64,000 nucleotides of DNA from assembly GCA_965243135.1 (NCBI GenBank), contig OZ251539.1:4544001-4608000 (forward strand). The letters run 5' to 3'. Of the stretch, positions 26,635 through 37,097 are shown piece after piece. The position numbers and the translations under genes were made by a program. The stretch comes from Alphaproteobacteria bacterium (GTDB lineage Bacteria > Pseudomonadota > Alphaproteobacteria > MPNO01 > UBA830). Below the pieces are notes generated by a model. It saw nothing but the letters and a program-made list of their open reading frames with translations, had not been told where the DNA came from and did no database searches. Numbering within the stretch: position 1 is the stretch's first letter; each line of letters starts with the position of its first letter.

Positions 26635-27938
26635 GCGTTTCGGCCTACCGCGCCGCCACCCGGCTGGGCGCTCCGCTGATCCGCCGCTACCTTGATCGGC
26701 GCCGCGCCGCCGGACGCGAAGACGCCGCGCGCTTTCCGGAACGGATGGGCATCCCATCCCAAGCGCGAACCGACGGCCCGCTGGTCTGGCTCCACGCGGC
26801 CAGCCTCGGCGAATCGCTTTCCCTCCTCAGCGTGATCGAACGCCTCCGCCGAGAGAGGCCCGAGATCGCCTTGCTGATGACCTCGGGCACCGTCTCCTCC
26901 GCAAACGTTCTCGCCGACCGGCTGCCCGTCGGCGTCGTCCATCAGTACGCGCCGGTGGATCGGGTCCCTTGGGTACGCCGTTTTCTGGACCACTGGCGCC
27001 CCGATATGGCGCTCTGGGTCGAATCGGAATTCTGGCCGGCGATTTTGTCGGAGATCCGCTCGAGGCGCATACCGACCGTCCTGATGAACGCCCGCCTTTC
27101 GGACCGCTCCTGGCGGTTGTGGCGGCGTGCGCCGTGGATGATCCGCCCTCTGCTCCGCACGTTCGAACTCTGCATGGCGCAGTCCGAGCTCGACGCCGAC
27201 AGGCTGCGCGGCCTGGGCGCGCGGCGCGTGTCCTGCCCCGGCAACCTGAAATTCGCCGCGCCGCCGCTGCCCGCCCGGGAGGAGGCGCTCCGGGAGTTGT
27301 CCGCCGCCGTCTCGGCGCGGCCCCGATGGCTCGCCTTCAGCACGCATCCGGGCGAAGAGGAAATTCTGGCGCGCGCCCACCGTCTGCTCGCGCAGCGCGC
27401 GCCGGGCGTTCTCACGATGATCGCGCCGCGGCATCCGGCGCGCGGTCCGGCGATCGAGAACGCACTCCGGGCCGCCGGCCTGAACGCGGCGGTTTGGAGC
27501 CGACGGGAGACCGTCGAGGAAAGCACCGACGTCTTTCTGGCCGACACGATCGGCGAACTGGGACTGTTCTTCCGGACGACGGACATCGCGCTGGTCGGAG
27601 GCTCCCTGGTGCCCCACGGCGGCCAGAACCCGATCGAACCCGCGCTGCTCGATTGCGCTCTCCTTCACGGCCCGCACATGGAAAATTTCCTGGCGATCGA
27701 AGGCGAATTGCGAGCGGCCGGCGCCGCGGTCGCGGTGTCGACGCCGCAGGAGATCGCGCGCGAGGTCGGCCTTCTGACGTCGAATGCCGGGTACCGGCGC
27801 CGGCGCATGGTTGCGGCGAAGCAGGTCGCCGCAGGGAAACAGGCCATTCTCGACGCAGTGTTTTCCCATCTCGACGGCATCCTTAATCGCGTCTCTCCCG
27901 CTCGGCCGGTTCCGCTTTCCCGCAATGCGGGCGCCTGA
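26631..27938 (+). CDS. waaA: Kdo transferase
   Basis: WLHAASLGE, ESEFWP, GNLKF, STHPGEE, GGQNPIEPA. Confidence 0.95.
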   Translation: MSVSAYRAATRLGAPLIRRYLDRRRAAGREDAARFPERMGIPSQARTDGPLVWLHAASLGESLSLLSVIERLRRERPEIALLMTSGTVSSANVLADRLPVGVVHQYAPVDRVPWVRRFLDHWRPDMALWVESEFWPAILSEIRSRRIPTVLMNARLSDRSWRLWRRAPWMIRPLLRTFELCMAQSELDADRLRGLGARRVSCPGNLKFAAPPLPAREEALRELSAAVSARPRWLAFSTHPGEEEILARAHRLLAQRAPGVLTMIAPRHPARGPAIENALRAAGLNAAVWSRRETVEESTDVFLADTIGELGLFFRTTDIALVGGSLVPHGGQNPIEPALLDCALLHGPHMENFLAIEGELRAAGAAVAVSTPQEIAREVGLLTSNAGYRRRRMVAAKQVAAGKQAILDAVFSHLDGILNRVSPARPVPLSRNAGA

Positions 27939-28917
27939 GTTCTGGCGGCGGGACGGAGTCGTCCCGCGGCTGTTGACGCCCGCGTCGGCCGTTTGGCGCG
28001 CGGGCACCGCCGTCAAGCGGCGCTTCTCGGCGACGGCCCGGGTCGGCGCGCCGACGATCTGCGTCGGCAACGCCGTCGCCGGCGGAGCCGGCAAGACCCC
28101 GGTCGCGATCGCGATCGCGAAGGCGCTGGCCGCCCGCGGCGCGGCTCCTCATTTCCTGAGCCGGGGATACGGCGGTTCCGAACGCGGCCCCCTCCGGGTG
28201 AATCCCTCCGTTCACGACGCCGGACGGGTCGGCGACGAGGCGTTGCTGCTGGCGGCCGCGGCGCCTGCCTGGATCGCCCGCAACCGCGCCGCAGGCGCTC
28301 GCGCCGCAGCGGCAGGCGGCGCCGGAATCGTCGTCATGGACGACGGACTGCAGAACTTCGGCGTCGCCAAGGACTATGCGCTGCTCGTCATAGACGGCGG
28401 ATTCGGGTTCGGAAACGGGCGCGTCATGCCTGCGGGACCGCTGCGCGAGCCGATTCGCGACGTTATGCAGCGCGTCGACGCGGTCGTAATCGTCGGCGAG
28501 GACAGGCGCAACCTCGGGAAGGATCTGCAACCGCCGGTTCTTGCCGCCCGCTTCGTGCCGCTGCCCGGTTCCGAGTCGATCTCAGGGCGGCCAGTGGTCG
28601 CTTTCGCAGGCATCGGCCGCCCCGAGAAATTCTTCGAGACACTCGCGGGCATGGATTGCGATCTGGTCTCGGTCCGCCGCTTCCCGGACCATCACGCCTA
28701 TACGGCGGACGACGTGATGCGATGCGTCGAAGCGGCCGCGGCTGCCGGCGCCGTCGCGGTGACGACGGAAAAGGACGCCGTCCGGCTTCCGCCGGAGGCC
28801 CGCAACATGGTCGAAGTGCTGCGGGTCGGGCTTGAGTGGCGGAGCCCGGCGGCGTTCGACAGGATCGTCGAGCGAATGCCCGGCGAATCCGCTCCGCGCG
28901 GGCAGGCTCCGGCGTAA
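27925..28917 (+). CDS. lpxK: Tetraacyldisaccharide 4'-kinase
   Basis: VGN..AGGAGKTP, SRGYGG, MDDGLQ, PAGPLRE, FPDHH, TTEKD. Confidence 0.95.
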   Translation: MRAPEFWRRDGVVPRLLTPASAVWRAGTAVKRRFSATARVGAPTICVGNAVAGGAGKTPVAIAIAKALAARGAAPHFLSRGYGGSERGPLRVNPSVHDAGRVGDEALLLAAAAPAWIARNRAAGARAAAAGGAGIVVMDDGLQNFGVAKDYALLVIDGGFGFGNGRVMPAGPLREPIRDVMQRVDAVVIVGEDRRNLGKDLQPPVLAARFVPLPGSESISGRPVVAFAGIGRPEKFFETLAGMDCDLVSVRRFPDHHAYTADDVMRCVEAAAAAGAVAVTTEKDAVRLPPEARNMVEVLRVGLEWRSPAAFDRIVERMPGESAPRGQAPA

Positions 28918-28933
28918 CTGCCGTCCCGACGAA

Positions 28934-29347
28934 TCAGATCGCCGCGATCGCCTGCACTTCGATCAGAAACGGTTCGCGAACAAGGCGGTCCACCATCAAC
29001 AGCGTATTCGGCGGATACCGGCCGTCCGGAAACATCGCCGGAAAATTCTCAAGCCGGTAGTCCATGAACCTCGGGATCCACTGCGATCCCAACAGATACG
29101 TGGTGAACTGGACGATGTTCGGCCACCCTGCGTCGGCGGACTCCAGAACCTTCTCGATGTTCCCGAAAACCTGACGGCATTGCGCCACGAAATCGAGATC
29201 GGCGCCGACGATGTTGCCGTCCTTGTCCGCCGACAGGGAACCGGCGATGAAGAGGAACTCGTTCGCCTTCACGCGGGCCACATGGGAATACTGTCCCATG
29301 GGCGCGCCCAGCGAATCCGGGTTGTAAACGTTTATCTCGGCGGTCAT
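28934..29347 (-). CDS. RidA/YjgF-family protein
   Basis: [28 protein letters not shown]. Confidence 0.88.
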   Translation of the reverse strand: MTAEINVYNPDSLGAPMGQYSHVARVKANEFLFIAGSLSADKDGNIVGADLDFVAQCRQVFGNIEKVLESADAGWPNIVQFTTYLLGSQWIPRFMDYRLENFPAMFPDGRYPPNTLLMVDRLVREPFLIEVQAIAAI

Positions 29348-29405
29348 TCTCGCCTCCCTGTTGGTTCGCCTCGCCCGGCCCGGCACCCGCAACGCATGGC
29401 GGCGT

Positions 29406-30881
29406 TCAGAACAGCGATCCCTGTTCGGAGGTATCCTCCGCCGCGCGCGGCCGGGATCGGCCGGAAATCATCGCCCCGGCTGCGCCGTCCGCAAACCGGA
29501 TGGACACGTTCTGGCCTTCGCGCGTGGCGGTCACGGAGGTTACCGGTTCCCCGTCCGCGTCTTGCACGAGGGCGAATCCGCGATCGAGCACCCGTTCGTA
29601 GGAAACGCTGTCCAACAACTTGCCGGCCGCTGCAAGGCGCGCCTCGGAGGCCGCGATCGCGTTTTCCATCCCGGCGGTCAGGCGCGAGGCGAGCGCCAGC
29701 CCCTCGAACCGGCTGGCGCGGGCGTTCACCGCGACATGGAGGCTGCCGATCAAGCGGCCGTCGAGTTGCGCGACCTCGCGCGCCGCCTGGCCGAGAACCT
29801 CGCGGGGATGCCGCAGCGCGGCGGCGACCGCGGCGAGCCGCGCGGCGGCGCGCTCCCGGCCGCGCGACAGCGCGGCCGACAAGAGTTCGGTTTGATGGTC
29901 GAGGGACTGCATCGCGCCTTCCAGAAGCTCGACGGGACGCGGCAATCCGCGCGCCAGACCCTCGACGCGCATGCGCCGTTCCTCCATCAGGCGCGCAGCT
30001 GCCGCGCGCAACCTGCGTTCGTCGTCGATCACCAAAGCGTGCAGTTCCGCCCTCACCGGCACCGCGATTTCGGCGGCGGCGGTCGGCGTCGGCGCCCGCC
30101 GGTCCGCGGCGAAGTCGATCAGCGTGGTGTCGGTTTCGTGGCCTACGGCCGAAATAAGCGGAATGGCGGACTCGGCCGCGGCGCGCACGACCGCCTCCTC
30201 GTTGAACTGCCAAAGATCCTCCAGGCTTCCGCCGCCGCGCGCCACGATCAGCAGATCGGGACGCGGCACCGCGCCGTCCGCGGAAAGCGCGTTGAACCCC
30301 CTGATGGCGGCCGCGATCTTTTCGGCGGCGCCGTCGCCCTGCACCGGCGTGGGCCAGATCAGGACGCGGCGCGGGAACCGTTCCGCCAGACGATGAAGAA
30401 TGTCGCGGATAACCGCACCGGTCGGCGAGGTGATCACGCCGATCGCCTCCGGCAAAAAAGGCAGTTCCCGTTTCCGATCTTCGTCGAACAAGCCTTCGGA
30501 AGCGAGTTTCCTGCGGCGATCCTCCAGCAGCTTGAGAAGCGCGCCCTCGCCCGCCAGCTCGACCGCTTCGACGACGATCTGATAACGCGAATTCTTCGGA
30601 TAGGAGGAGATGCGCCCGGTGCAGATCACCTCCATGCCCTCTTCGAGCCGCAGGGTCAGCCGGTTGACGGTCGTGCGCCACGCAACGCCGTCCATCGCCG
30701 CGTCGGCGTCCTTGAGCACGAAATAGAGATGGCCCGAACCGTGATAGTTGGGCCGGCTTATCTCGCCCCTGACGCGAACCCGGTCGAATGCGCCTTCGAG
30801 GGTGCGCTTGACCGCCTGGGAAATCTCGCCGACCGTGAACTCGGCGACGTTGCTTCCCTGGCGCGAGAATTGATCGTCCAT
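29406..30881 (-). CDS. xseA: Exodeoxyribonuclease VII large subunit
   Basis: [41 protein letters not shown]. Confidence 0.96.
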   Translation of the reverse strand: MDDQFSRQGSNVAEFTVGEISQAVKRTLEGAFDRVRVRGEISRPNYHGSGHLYFVLKDADAAMDGVAWRTTVNRLTLRLEEGMEVICTGRISSYPKNSRYQIVVEAVELAGEGALLKLLEDRRRKLASEGLFDEDRKRELPFLPEAIGVITSPTGAVIRDILHRLAERFPRRVLIWPTPVQGDGAAEKIAAAIRGFNALSADGAVPRPDLLIVARGGGSLEDLWQFNEEAVVRAAAESAIPLISAVGHETDTTLIDFAADRRAPTPTAAAEIAVPVRAELHALVIDDERRLRAAAARLMEERRMRVEGLARGLPRPVELLEGAMQSLDHQTELLSAALSRGRERAAARLAAVAAALRHPREVLGQAAREVAQLDGRLIGSLHVAVNARASRFEGLALASRLTAGMENAIAASEARLAAAGKLLDSVSYERVLDRGFALVQDADGEPVTSVTATREGQNVSIRFADGAAGAMISGRSRPRAAEDTSEQGSLF

Positions 30882-30935
30882 GGCGAATTGTATAGCACCC
30901 GCTTGCGGGTTCGCACAGCATCGGGGGCGCGCGGC

Positions 30936-32204
30936 ATGAAAGTTCTGGTTGTAGGCGGCGGCGGGCGCGAACACGCCTTGTGCTGGGCGATCGCATCGTC
31001 GCCGCTGGTCGACGCGCTGTGGTGCGCGCCCGGCAACGCGGGCATCGCGCGCGAAGCGGAATGCGTCCCGGTCGCGGCGGACGACCTCTCCGGCCTCCTT
31101 GAATTCGCTCGCGGAAACGCCGTCGATCTCGCGGTCATCGGACCGGAGGCGCCCCTTGTCGCCGGGCTTGCGGACCAGCTGAGGGCTTCCGGCATCCGCG
31201 CGTTCGGCCCCGGCGCCGACGCGGCTCTTCTCGAAGGCTCCAAGGGCTTCATGAAGGATCTGTGCGCCCGTCACGGAATTCCTACCGCTTCTTACGGGCG
31301 GTTCGCCGACGCAGCGGCCGCCAAGTCGTTCGTCGCGGAAAACGGCGCGCCGATCGTCGTCAAGGCCGACGGAGCGGCCGCCGGCAAGGGGGTCGTCGTG
31401 TGCGAAACCGCGGAACAGGCATACGCCTCGATCGACGACATGCTGACGCGAGGCGTCTTCGGGGCGGCCGGAGCCGAAATCGTGATCGAGGAGTTCCTGG
31501 AGGGCGAGGAGGCAAGCTTCTTCGCGCTGGTCGACGGCGAACACGTCCTGCCGCTGGCGACGGCGCAGGACTACAAACGCGTCGGCGACGGCGACGCGGG
31601 ACCGAATACCGGGGGCATGGGCGCACTGTCGCCGGCGCCGGCCGTCACCGAAGAGATTTTCGAAACGGTAATGAACACGATCGTCGCGCCCACGGTCGAA
31701 GCCATGAACGCCGAAGGCCGTCCGTACTACGGCGCGCTGTACGCAGGGCTGATGCTCACTTCGGACGGCCCGAAACTGCTGGAATACAATGCGAGGTTCG
31801 GCGATCCGGAATGCCAAGTGCTGATGGCGCGGCTGATGTCGGACATCGTCCCCGCATTGGCGGCGACCTGCGACGGGGAGCTGGGAGAGTTCGACCTGCG
31901 CTGGCGCGACGAGACGGCGCTGACCGTGGTGATGGCGGCCAGAGGCTATCCGGGCCCCTACGGCAAGGGCTCCACCATTCGCGGTCTCGAAGCCGCGGCC
32001 GGGATGGACGGCATCACCGTGTTCCACGCCGGAACCGGCGAGGGCGAAGGCGGCGAAACGGTTTCCGCCGGCGGGCGGGTTCTCAACGTCACCGCGACGG
32101 GAGAAACGATTTCCGAGGCGCGAGAACGCGCTTACCGGGCCGTCGATCTGATCGACTGGCCCGAGGGGTTCTGCCGCCGCGACATCGGGGCCGGATTCGT
32201 TTGA
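30936..32204 (+). CDS. purD: Phosphoribosylamine-glycine ligase
   Basis: [42 protein letters not shown]. Confidence 0.97.
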   Translation: MKVLVVGGGGREHALCWAIASSPLVDALWCAPGNAGIAREAECVPVAADDLSGLLEFARGNAVDLAVIGPEAPLVAGLADQLRASGIRAFGPGADAALLEGSKGFMKDLCARHGIPTASYGRFADAAAAKSFVAENGAPIVVKADGAAAGKGVVVCETAEQAYASIDDMLTRGVFGAAGAEIVIEEFLEGEEASFFALVDGEHVLPLATAQDYKRVGDGDAGPNTGGMGALSPAPAVTEEIFETVMNTIVAPTVEAMNAEGRPYYGALYAGLMLTSDGPKLLEYNARFGDPECQVLMARLMSDIVPALAATCDGELGEFDLRWRDETALTVVMAARGYPGPYGKGSTIRGLEAAAGMDGITVFHAGTGEGEGGETVSAGGRVLNVTATGETISEARERAYRAVDLIDWPEGFCRRDIGAGFV

Positions 32205-32287
32205 AGATCCCGCGTCCATCCCGGCCTTCGGCACGGAGCCGTCCCGCCGGAATCGCGTCGACGAAATGAATTCGGGCCGGCCGCGGG

Positions 32288-32316
32288 TTGCCCGGAACCG
32301 GCGCGCCTTCTATGTT
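32288..32316 (+). promoter_or_regulatory. Putative sigma70 promoter of the ATPase-PIN operon
   Basis: TTGCCC-17bp-TATGTT. Confidence 0.5.
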
Positions 32317-32381
32317 TCCGTCCGTCCATGACCTTGTAAGCCTCCGCCGCCGACAACGGAAACAACCGCAACGCCAAGCCA

Positions 32382-33698
32382 ATGGACACGATCACGTTAA
32401 AGAACTTCCGCTGTTTCCGTGACGAGCAAACCGTTCGTCTGGCTCCCCTGAGCCTCTTGGTTGGCGACAACAGCACCGGAAAGACGTCGTTCCTGGCGAT
32501 GATTCGCGCATTGTGGGACGTCGCGTCTTTGCAACGCCCTCCCGATTTCAAGGAGGAGCCATACGATCTCGGAAGCTTTGATGAGATTGCGCATTATCGC
32601 GGGAGGAGAGGAGGCCGCCCGTCCGGCTTCGAGATTGGATTTTCTATCAATAGAAAGGACAATCCGTTTATTTTCAATACGCTGTTCGAGAAAATGGGAG
32701 TTGTTCCCGTTCCGACAAAAAGACGGATTGCCGATAGCGAATACTGGCTGGAATCCAGTCTGGGAGACGATAAAATATGGCAAGTAAATTTTGGAACGCC
32801 AAAGGGGCAGTGGTCTACGATAGCGCCCGACGAAAGCGCAAATCTAGCGAGCGAAGATCATAATTTCATTCCGTTTCATTTCCTGTTGAGGATTATCCGG
32901 AGAAATAGATCCAAAATCAAATCGCTAAATGGACCCAATTTTCCGTCTCCGGGAGACTGGAAGAAACTTGAAAACATTTGCAACCGGCAACACCTCTATT
33001 TTCGCGGCAAAAGTCCATACGCTAGCGCGCCGATTCGATCAATGCCTTACAGAACTTATGACCCCGCTCGTCCGTTGCGAGATCCCGAGGGGAATAACAC
33101 GCCAATGTACCTCGCGGATATCTTTTTTCAAGACGAAACATTATGGGGCAACCTTAAGAATGCGCTTGAGGATTTCGGAAAAGCTGCCGGCTTGTTCGAC
33201 GAGATTTCCGTGCGGACTCTCGGCAGGGCGGCAAGCGATCCGTTTCAAATACAGGTCAGAAAATTTGGGGGGAAACTCAAGGGGCCTCAGAGAAACCTGA
33301 TCGACGTAGGTTATGGGGTCAGCCAGATTCTGCCCGTGATAACGGAGCTTCTGAGGGATGACGCTCCTCCGATTTTCCTGCTTCAACAGCCGGAAATTCA
33401 TCTCCATCCGAGCGCCCAAGCGGCGCTCGGAAGCCTCTTTTGCCGGATCGCCAATTCCGAACGCCAATTGGTCGTCGAAACGCACAGCGACCACCTTCTC
33501 GACAGAATTCGCGTGGACATCCGCGATGGCGTGACCGCGCTGAAACCCGAAGACGTCTCCATTCTGTTTTTTGAACGCCAAGGGATAGACGTTCGCATCC
33601 ACTCCTTGACTCTGGATGAACTGGGCAACGTCAATGGCGCCCCGCCCGGTTACCGGCAGTTCTTCATGGATGAAACGCGAAGATCCCTGAAACTTTAA
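32382..33698 (+). CDS. Soluble ABC-type ATPase (AAA_15/AAA_21, DUF3696-like C-terminus)
   Basis: LKNFRCF, Walker A GDNSTGKT, DVGYGVSQILP, LLQQPEIHLHP, ETHS; AT-richer. Confidence 0.9.
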   Translation: MDTITLKNFRCFRDEQTVRLAPLSLLVGDNSTGKTSFLAMIRALWDVASLQRPPDFKEEPYDLGSFDEIAHYRGRRGGRPSGFEIGFSINRKDNPFIFNTLFEKMGVVPVPTKRRIADSEYWLESSLGDDKIWQVNFGTPKGQWSTIAPDESANLASEDHNFIPFHFLLRIIRRNRSKIKSLNGPNFPSPGDWKKLENICNRQHLYFRGKSPYASAPIRSMPYRTYDPARPLRDPEGNNTPMYLADIFFQDETLWGNLKNALEDFGKAAGLFDEISVRTLGRAASDPFQIQVRKFGGKLKGPQRNLIDVGYGVSQILPVITELLRDDAPPIFLLQQPEIHLHPSAQAALGSLFCRIANSERQLVVETHSDHLLDRIRVDIRDGVTALKPEDVSILFFERQGIDVRIHSLTLDELGNVNGAPPGYRQFFMDETRRSLKL

Positions 33699-33699
33699 G

Positions 33700-34170
33700 A
33701 TGTGCGCGATTCTCGACACCAGCGTCGTTCACAAGGTTTTCGGAGAGAATCGACCGGAAGCCGGAGAGGCCTTCTTTAACTGGATAAATTCGGAAAAGGG
33801 AAGTCTTGTGGCCGGCGGGAAGCTTCTTGAGGAGCTGGACGGAACGATCGCCTTTCGGGACTGGCGATCGCAAGCGATCCGGGCAGGACGCATCAGGCTT
33901 GTCGAAGATAAGGATGTCGAAGATAAGACGGAGATCTTGACAAGAGAGGAAGCGTGCAGATCCAACGATCAACACGTCATCGCATTGGCGCAGGTCAGCG
34001 GAGCGCGCCTTCTGTACTCGGACGACGGGAATTTGCATGCGGATTTCAAGAATGATCGCCTGATCGGCCATCCTCGGGGCGTAGTCTATTCTACGAAAAG
34101 CAGCGGCAACTTTACCCGTGCACATCGGCGTTTGCTTGGCAGAACGGGCATTTGTCAGAACCGAACGTAG
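33700..34170 (+). CDS. PIN-domain protein
   Basis: AILDTSV, LLEEL, SNDQHVIALA, LYSDD; starts 1 bp after the ATPase stop. Confidence 0.8.
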   Translation: MCAILDTSVVHKVFGENRPEAGEAFFNWINSEKGSLVAGGKLLEELDGTIAFRDWRSQAIRAGRIRLVEDKDVEDKTEILTREEACRSNDQHVIALAQVSGARLLYSDDGNLHADFKNDRLIGHPRGVVYSTKSSGNFTRAHRRLLGRTGICQNRT

Positions 34171-34183
34171 GATTTGTCGATTT

Positions 34184-35107
34184 TCACGGCTTTCCGGATT
34201 CTACCTCCCCCCTCCGCGCACGGGATTCGAACCGCACCAGCAGGGTGGACGCCGCGACGATCAACGCGGCCCCGGCCCAAACCCACACGCCGGGAAACTC
34301 GGCGAACAACGCCCAGCCGACGAGGGCCGCCCAGATCAGCCGGGCGAACACCACCGGCTCGACCGCCGAGATGTCCGCGATCCTGTAGGCGGTCGTCAGC
34401 AATAGATGGCCGCAGCTCGCGAGGCATCCTATCAGCACCAGGATCGCAAGTTGTTCGAGGCTCGGCGTCCGCCAGACGAAGATCGCGGCGACTCCCGACG
34501 GCGCCATCATCGTCAGCGACAGCCAAGCGACGATCGTCGCCGCCTCGTCGGTGCGCGCCAGCGCCTTCGCGATCAGTTTCGAACATGTGACGAATACCAT
34601 CGAAACCAGCACCAGAACGACGCCGAGATCGACTTCCTGAAAACCCGGGCGGACGATGATCAGCGCGCCCCCGAAGCCGATGGCGATGGCGAGCCAGCGC
34701 ACGGGATGCGCCTTCTCGCCGAGAAAGAAAATGGCGCCCAACGCGACGAACAGCGGCCCGGTGAGCGAAAGCGCCGTCGCGTCTCCCAGCGGCACGAGGC
34801 TGAGCGCCGTGAACCAGCACAACAGCGAAGCGCCGTTGAAGACCCCGCGCAGGAGGTGGAGCGGAAGCCGTCTGGAGCGCAAAACCGACAACCGCGACCG
34901 AAGCAGCAGCGGCGCGAAGAACAGAAACCCGAACAACGCCCGGAAAAAGGCGATCTCGAAGGCGTCCAGATCCCGAGACAGAAACCTGACGGATCCGTGC
35001 ATGGAAGCGAAGAACGCGCCCGACGACAAGGCGAGAAGGATCCCGCGGGTCGCGAGAGATACCCGCTCCATCTCCACGACGGCGCGGAGAGGGTTGGTCA
35101 TTCGCAT
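34184..35107 (-). CDS. DMT/EamA transporter
   Basis: Multiple TM helices, IAFFR, FLGEK, IIVRPG. Confidence 0.9.
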   Translation of the reverse strand: MRMTNPLRAVVEMERVSLATRGILLALSSGAFFASMHGSVRFLSRDLDAFEIAFFRALFGFLFFAPLLLRSRLSVLRSRRLPLHLLRGVFNGASLLCWFTALSLVPLGDATALSLTGPLFVALGAIFFLGEKAHPVRWLAIAIGFGGALIIVRPGFQEVDLGVVLVLVSMVFVTCSKLIAKALARTDEAATIVAWLSLTMMAPSGVAAIFVWRTPSLEQLAILVLIGCLASCGHLLLTTAYRIADISAVEPVVFARLIWAALVGWALFAEFPGVWVWAGAALIVAASTLLVRFESRARRGEVESGKP

Positions 35108-35410
35108 CAGGATGCACCCGGACAGGCCGGTCCCCCGTTCGGTCCGAGAATCCGGTCCGCCCCGTGGACATGCGGCCGCGACAGCCCACCGAATTTATGG
35201 CCCGAACCGCCGCCTTCTTCAAGGCATGCGGCGGTTCCCGCGCAGGGCGCGGCCGGAGCCCTTCTTCGCGGCGCGGCGGCCGGCCTCCCTGTCGTCGAGT
35301 CGGCCGCCGGGACTATGGACAATCGTCGGACGATCGGAAAACATCGCGGCCGCGCCATTTTTTGGCGGCCGGCAAGCCCGGCCGCGGCGCCGCTGGACAT
35401 GGAGGAAATC

Positions 35411-36220
35411 GTGCGGCCGAACAAGATCAGATCCGCATGGGACGAAGGGCGGGCCGCCGTGAACGTCTTCCTCGGCATCCCCGACTCGTTCGCGGCCGAA
35501 ATCGTCGCGTCGCTTCCGTGGGACGGCGTCACCGTCGACATGCAGCACGGGGTGGTTGGCTACGACGCCGCCCTTCGGATGATGCAGGGCATTTCGCGGT
35601 ACGAGCCCGCGCCCATGGTCCGGGTTCCCTGGAACGATCCCGCCATCGTCATGAAGTCGCTCGACGCGGGCGCCTACGGCGTGATCTGCCCGATGGTCAA
35701 TACCCGGGAAGAGGCCGAACGCTTCGTCGGAGCCTGCCGCTACGCGCCGGCCGGCTACCGTTCCACCGGACCGGTGCGTGCGGCGTTCTACGCCGGCGCC
35801 GATTACCACAAGCACGCCGACCGGACGATACTCGCCTTCGCGATGATCGAAACCCAGCAGGCAGTCGACAATCTCGACGAAATCTGCGCGGTGCCGGGAC
35901 TCGACGCGCTCTATGTCGGCCCCTCCGACCTGTCGGTTTCGATCGGAGGGCCGCCCGGCGGCGATCAGCGGGCCCCCGCCGTCATGGAGCGAATCGACGC
36001 CATTCTGTCGGCCGCGAAGCGTCACGGAATCCGCGCGGGAATTCACGCCCTCTCCGCGGAATACGCCGGCGAAATGATCGAAAAGGGCTTCGATCTCGTT
36101 ACGCTGTCGGCCGATTACCGCCACATGATGGCGGCCGCCTCGCGGATGCTCGACGACCTGCGCGAGCGGAACGGAGCGCTCGCGGGAACGTCAAACCACG
36201 GAATTCCGGTGACGCCATGA
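35411..36220 (+). CDS. HpcH/HpaI aldolase family protein
   Basis: VDMQHG, VRVP, LDAGA.GVICPM, MIET, VGPSDL; GTG start after SD GGAGG. Confidence 0.92.
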   Translation: MRPNKIRSAWDEGRAAVNVFLGIPDSFAAEIVASLPWDGVTVDMQHGVVGYDAALRMMQGISRYEPAPMVRVPWNDPAIVMKSLDAGAYGVICPMVNTREEAERFVGACRYAPAGYRSTGPVRAAFYAGADYHKHADRTILAFAMIETQQAVDNLDEICAVPGLDALYVGPSDLSVSIGGPPGGDQRAPAVMERIDAILSAAKRHGIRAGIHALSAEYAGEMIEKGFDLVTLSADYRHMMAAASRMLDDLRERNGALAGTSNHGIPVTP

Positions 36221-37077
36221 ACTACGACCGCGCCCTCGAAGATATCGGCAATGTCGTTGCGCTCGAGCACGTCAACGTCCAGATCCCGGATCAGCGGCTC
36301 TCGACGTTGTTCTACGTCACCGGACTCGGACTGACCCGGGATCCCTATCTCGTGACGGGCGTGACCAACATGTGGGTCAACGCCGGACGCAGCCAGTTCC
36401 ACCTGCCGACCGGAGAGCCGCAGGTGCTCCGCGGACGGATCGGGCTCGTGACGCCCGATCGCGAAGGGTTGCGCCGACGGCTCGAAGCGGTGCGCCGGCC
36501 GCTCGAAGGCACGTCGTTCGATTTCGCCGAATCCGACGGTCGCATCGACGTCACCTGCCCATGGGGCAACCGTTTCCGTTGCCACGAACCGGCCGAGCGT
36601 TTCGGGCGAATGACGCTCGGCATCGCGTACGTGGAGTTCGGGGTGCCGGAGAACGCCGCCGAAGGAATCGGCAGATTCTACGACGAGATCATGGAGGCGC
36701 CTTCGACGCTCGAGGAAACGACGGTCCGGATCCAGGTCGGAAACGGACAGAGCCTCGTATTCCGCGAGACGTCCGGGGAAATCCCGGAATACGACGGCCA
36801 TCACGTGCAGGTCTACGTCGCCGATTTCTCGGGACCGTACGACCGCCTGTCCGAACGCGGCCTGATTTCCGAAGAGAGCAACCGGTACCAGTACCGGTTC
36901 CGGGACATTGCGGATCCCGCCTCCGGCGAGATCCTGTTCGTTCTGGATCACGAGATCCGTTCGATGACCCATCCGCTGTTCGCCCGGCCCTTGGTCAATC
37001 GCAATCCCGACCAGACGAACCGGGCGTTCGGGCCGGAACACGAAACCATGCCCTGGACGTCTCCCGAGCGCTTCTGA
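36217..37077 (+). CDS. Conserved hypothetical protein, glyoxalase/VOC-like
   Basis: LEHVNV...FY..GLGL.RDP, QFHLP, HHVQVYV, HEIRS; ATGA-coupled to the aldolase. Confidence 0.75.
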   Translation: MNYDRALEDIGNVVALEHVNVQIPDQRLSTLFYVTGLGLTRDPYLVTGVTNMWVNAGRSQFHLPTGEPQVLRGRIGLVTPDREGLRRRLEAVRRPLEGTSFDFAESDGRIDVTCPWGNRFRCHEPAERFGRMTLGIAYVEFGVPENAAEGIGRFYDEIMEAPSTLEETTVRIQVGNGQSLVFRETSGEIPEYDGHHVQVYVADFSGPYDRLSERGLISEESNRYQYRFRDIADPASGEILFVLDHEIRSMTHPLFARPLVNRNPDQTNRAFGPEHETMPWTSPERF

Positions 37078-37097
37078 CCGAGAGCCGACCGGCGGCG

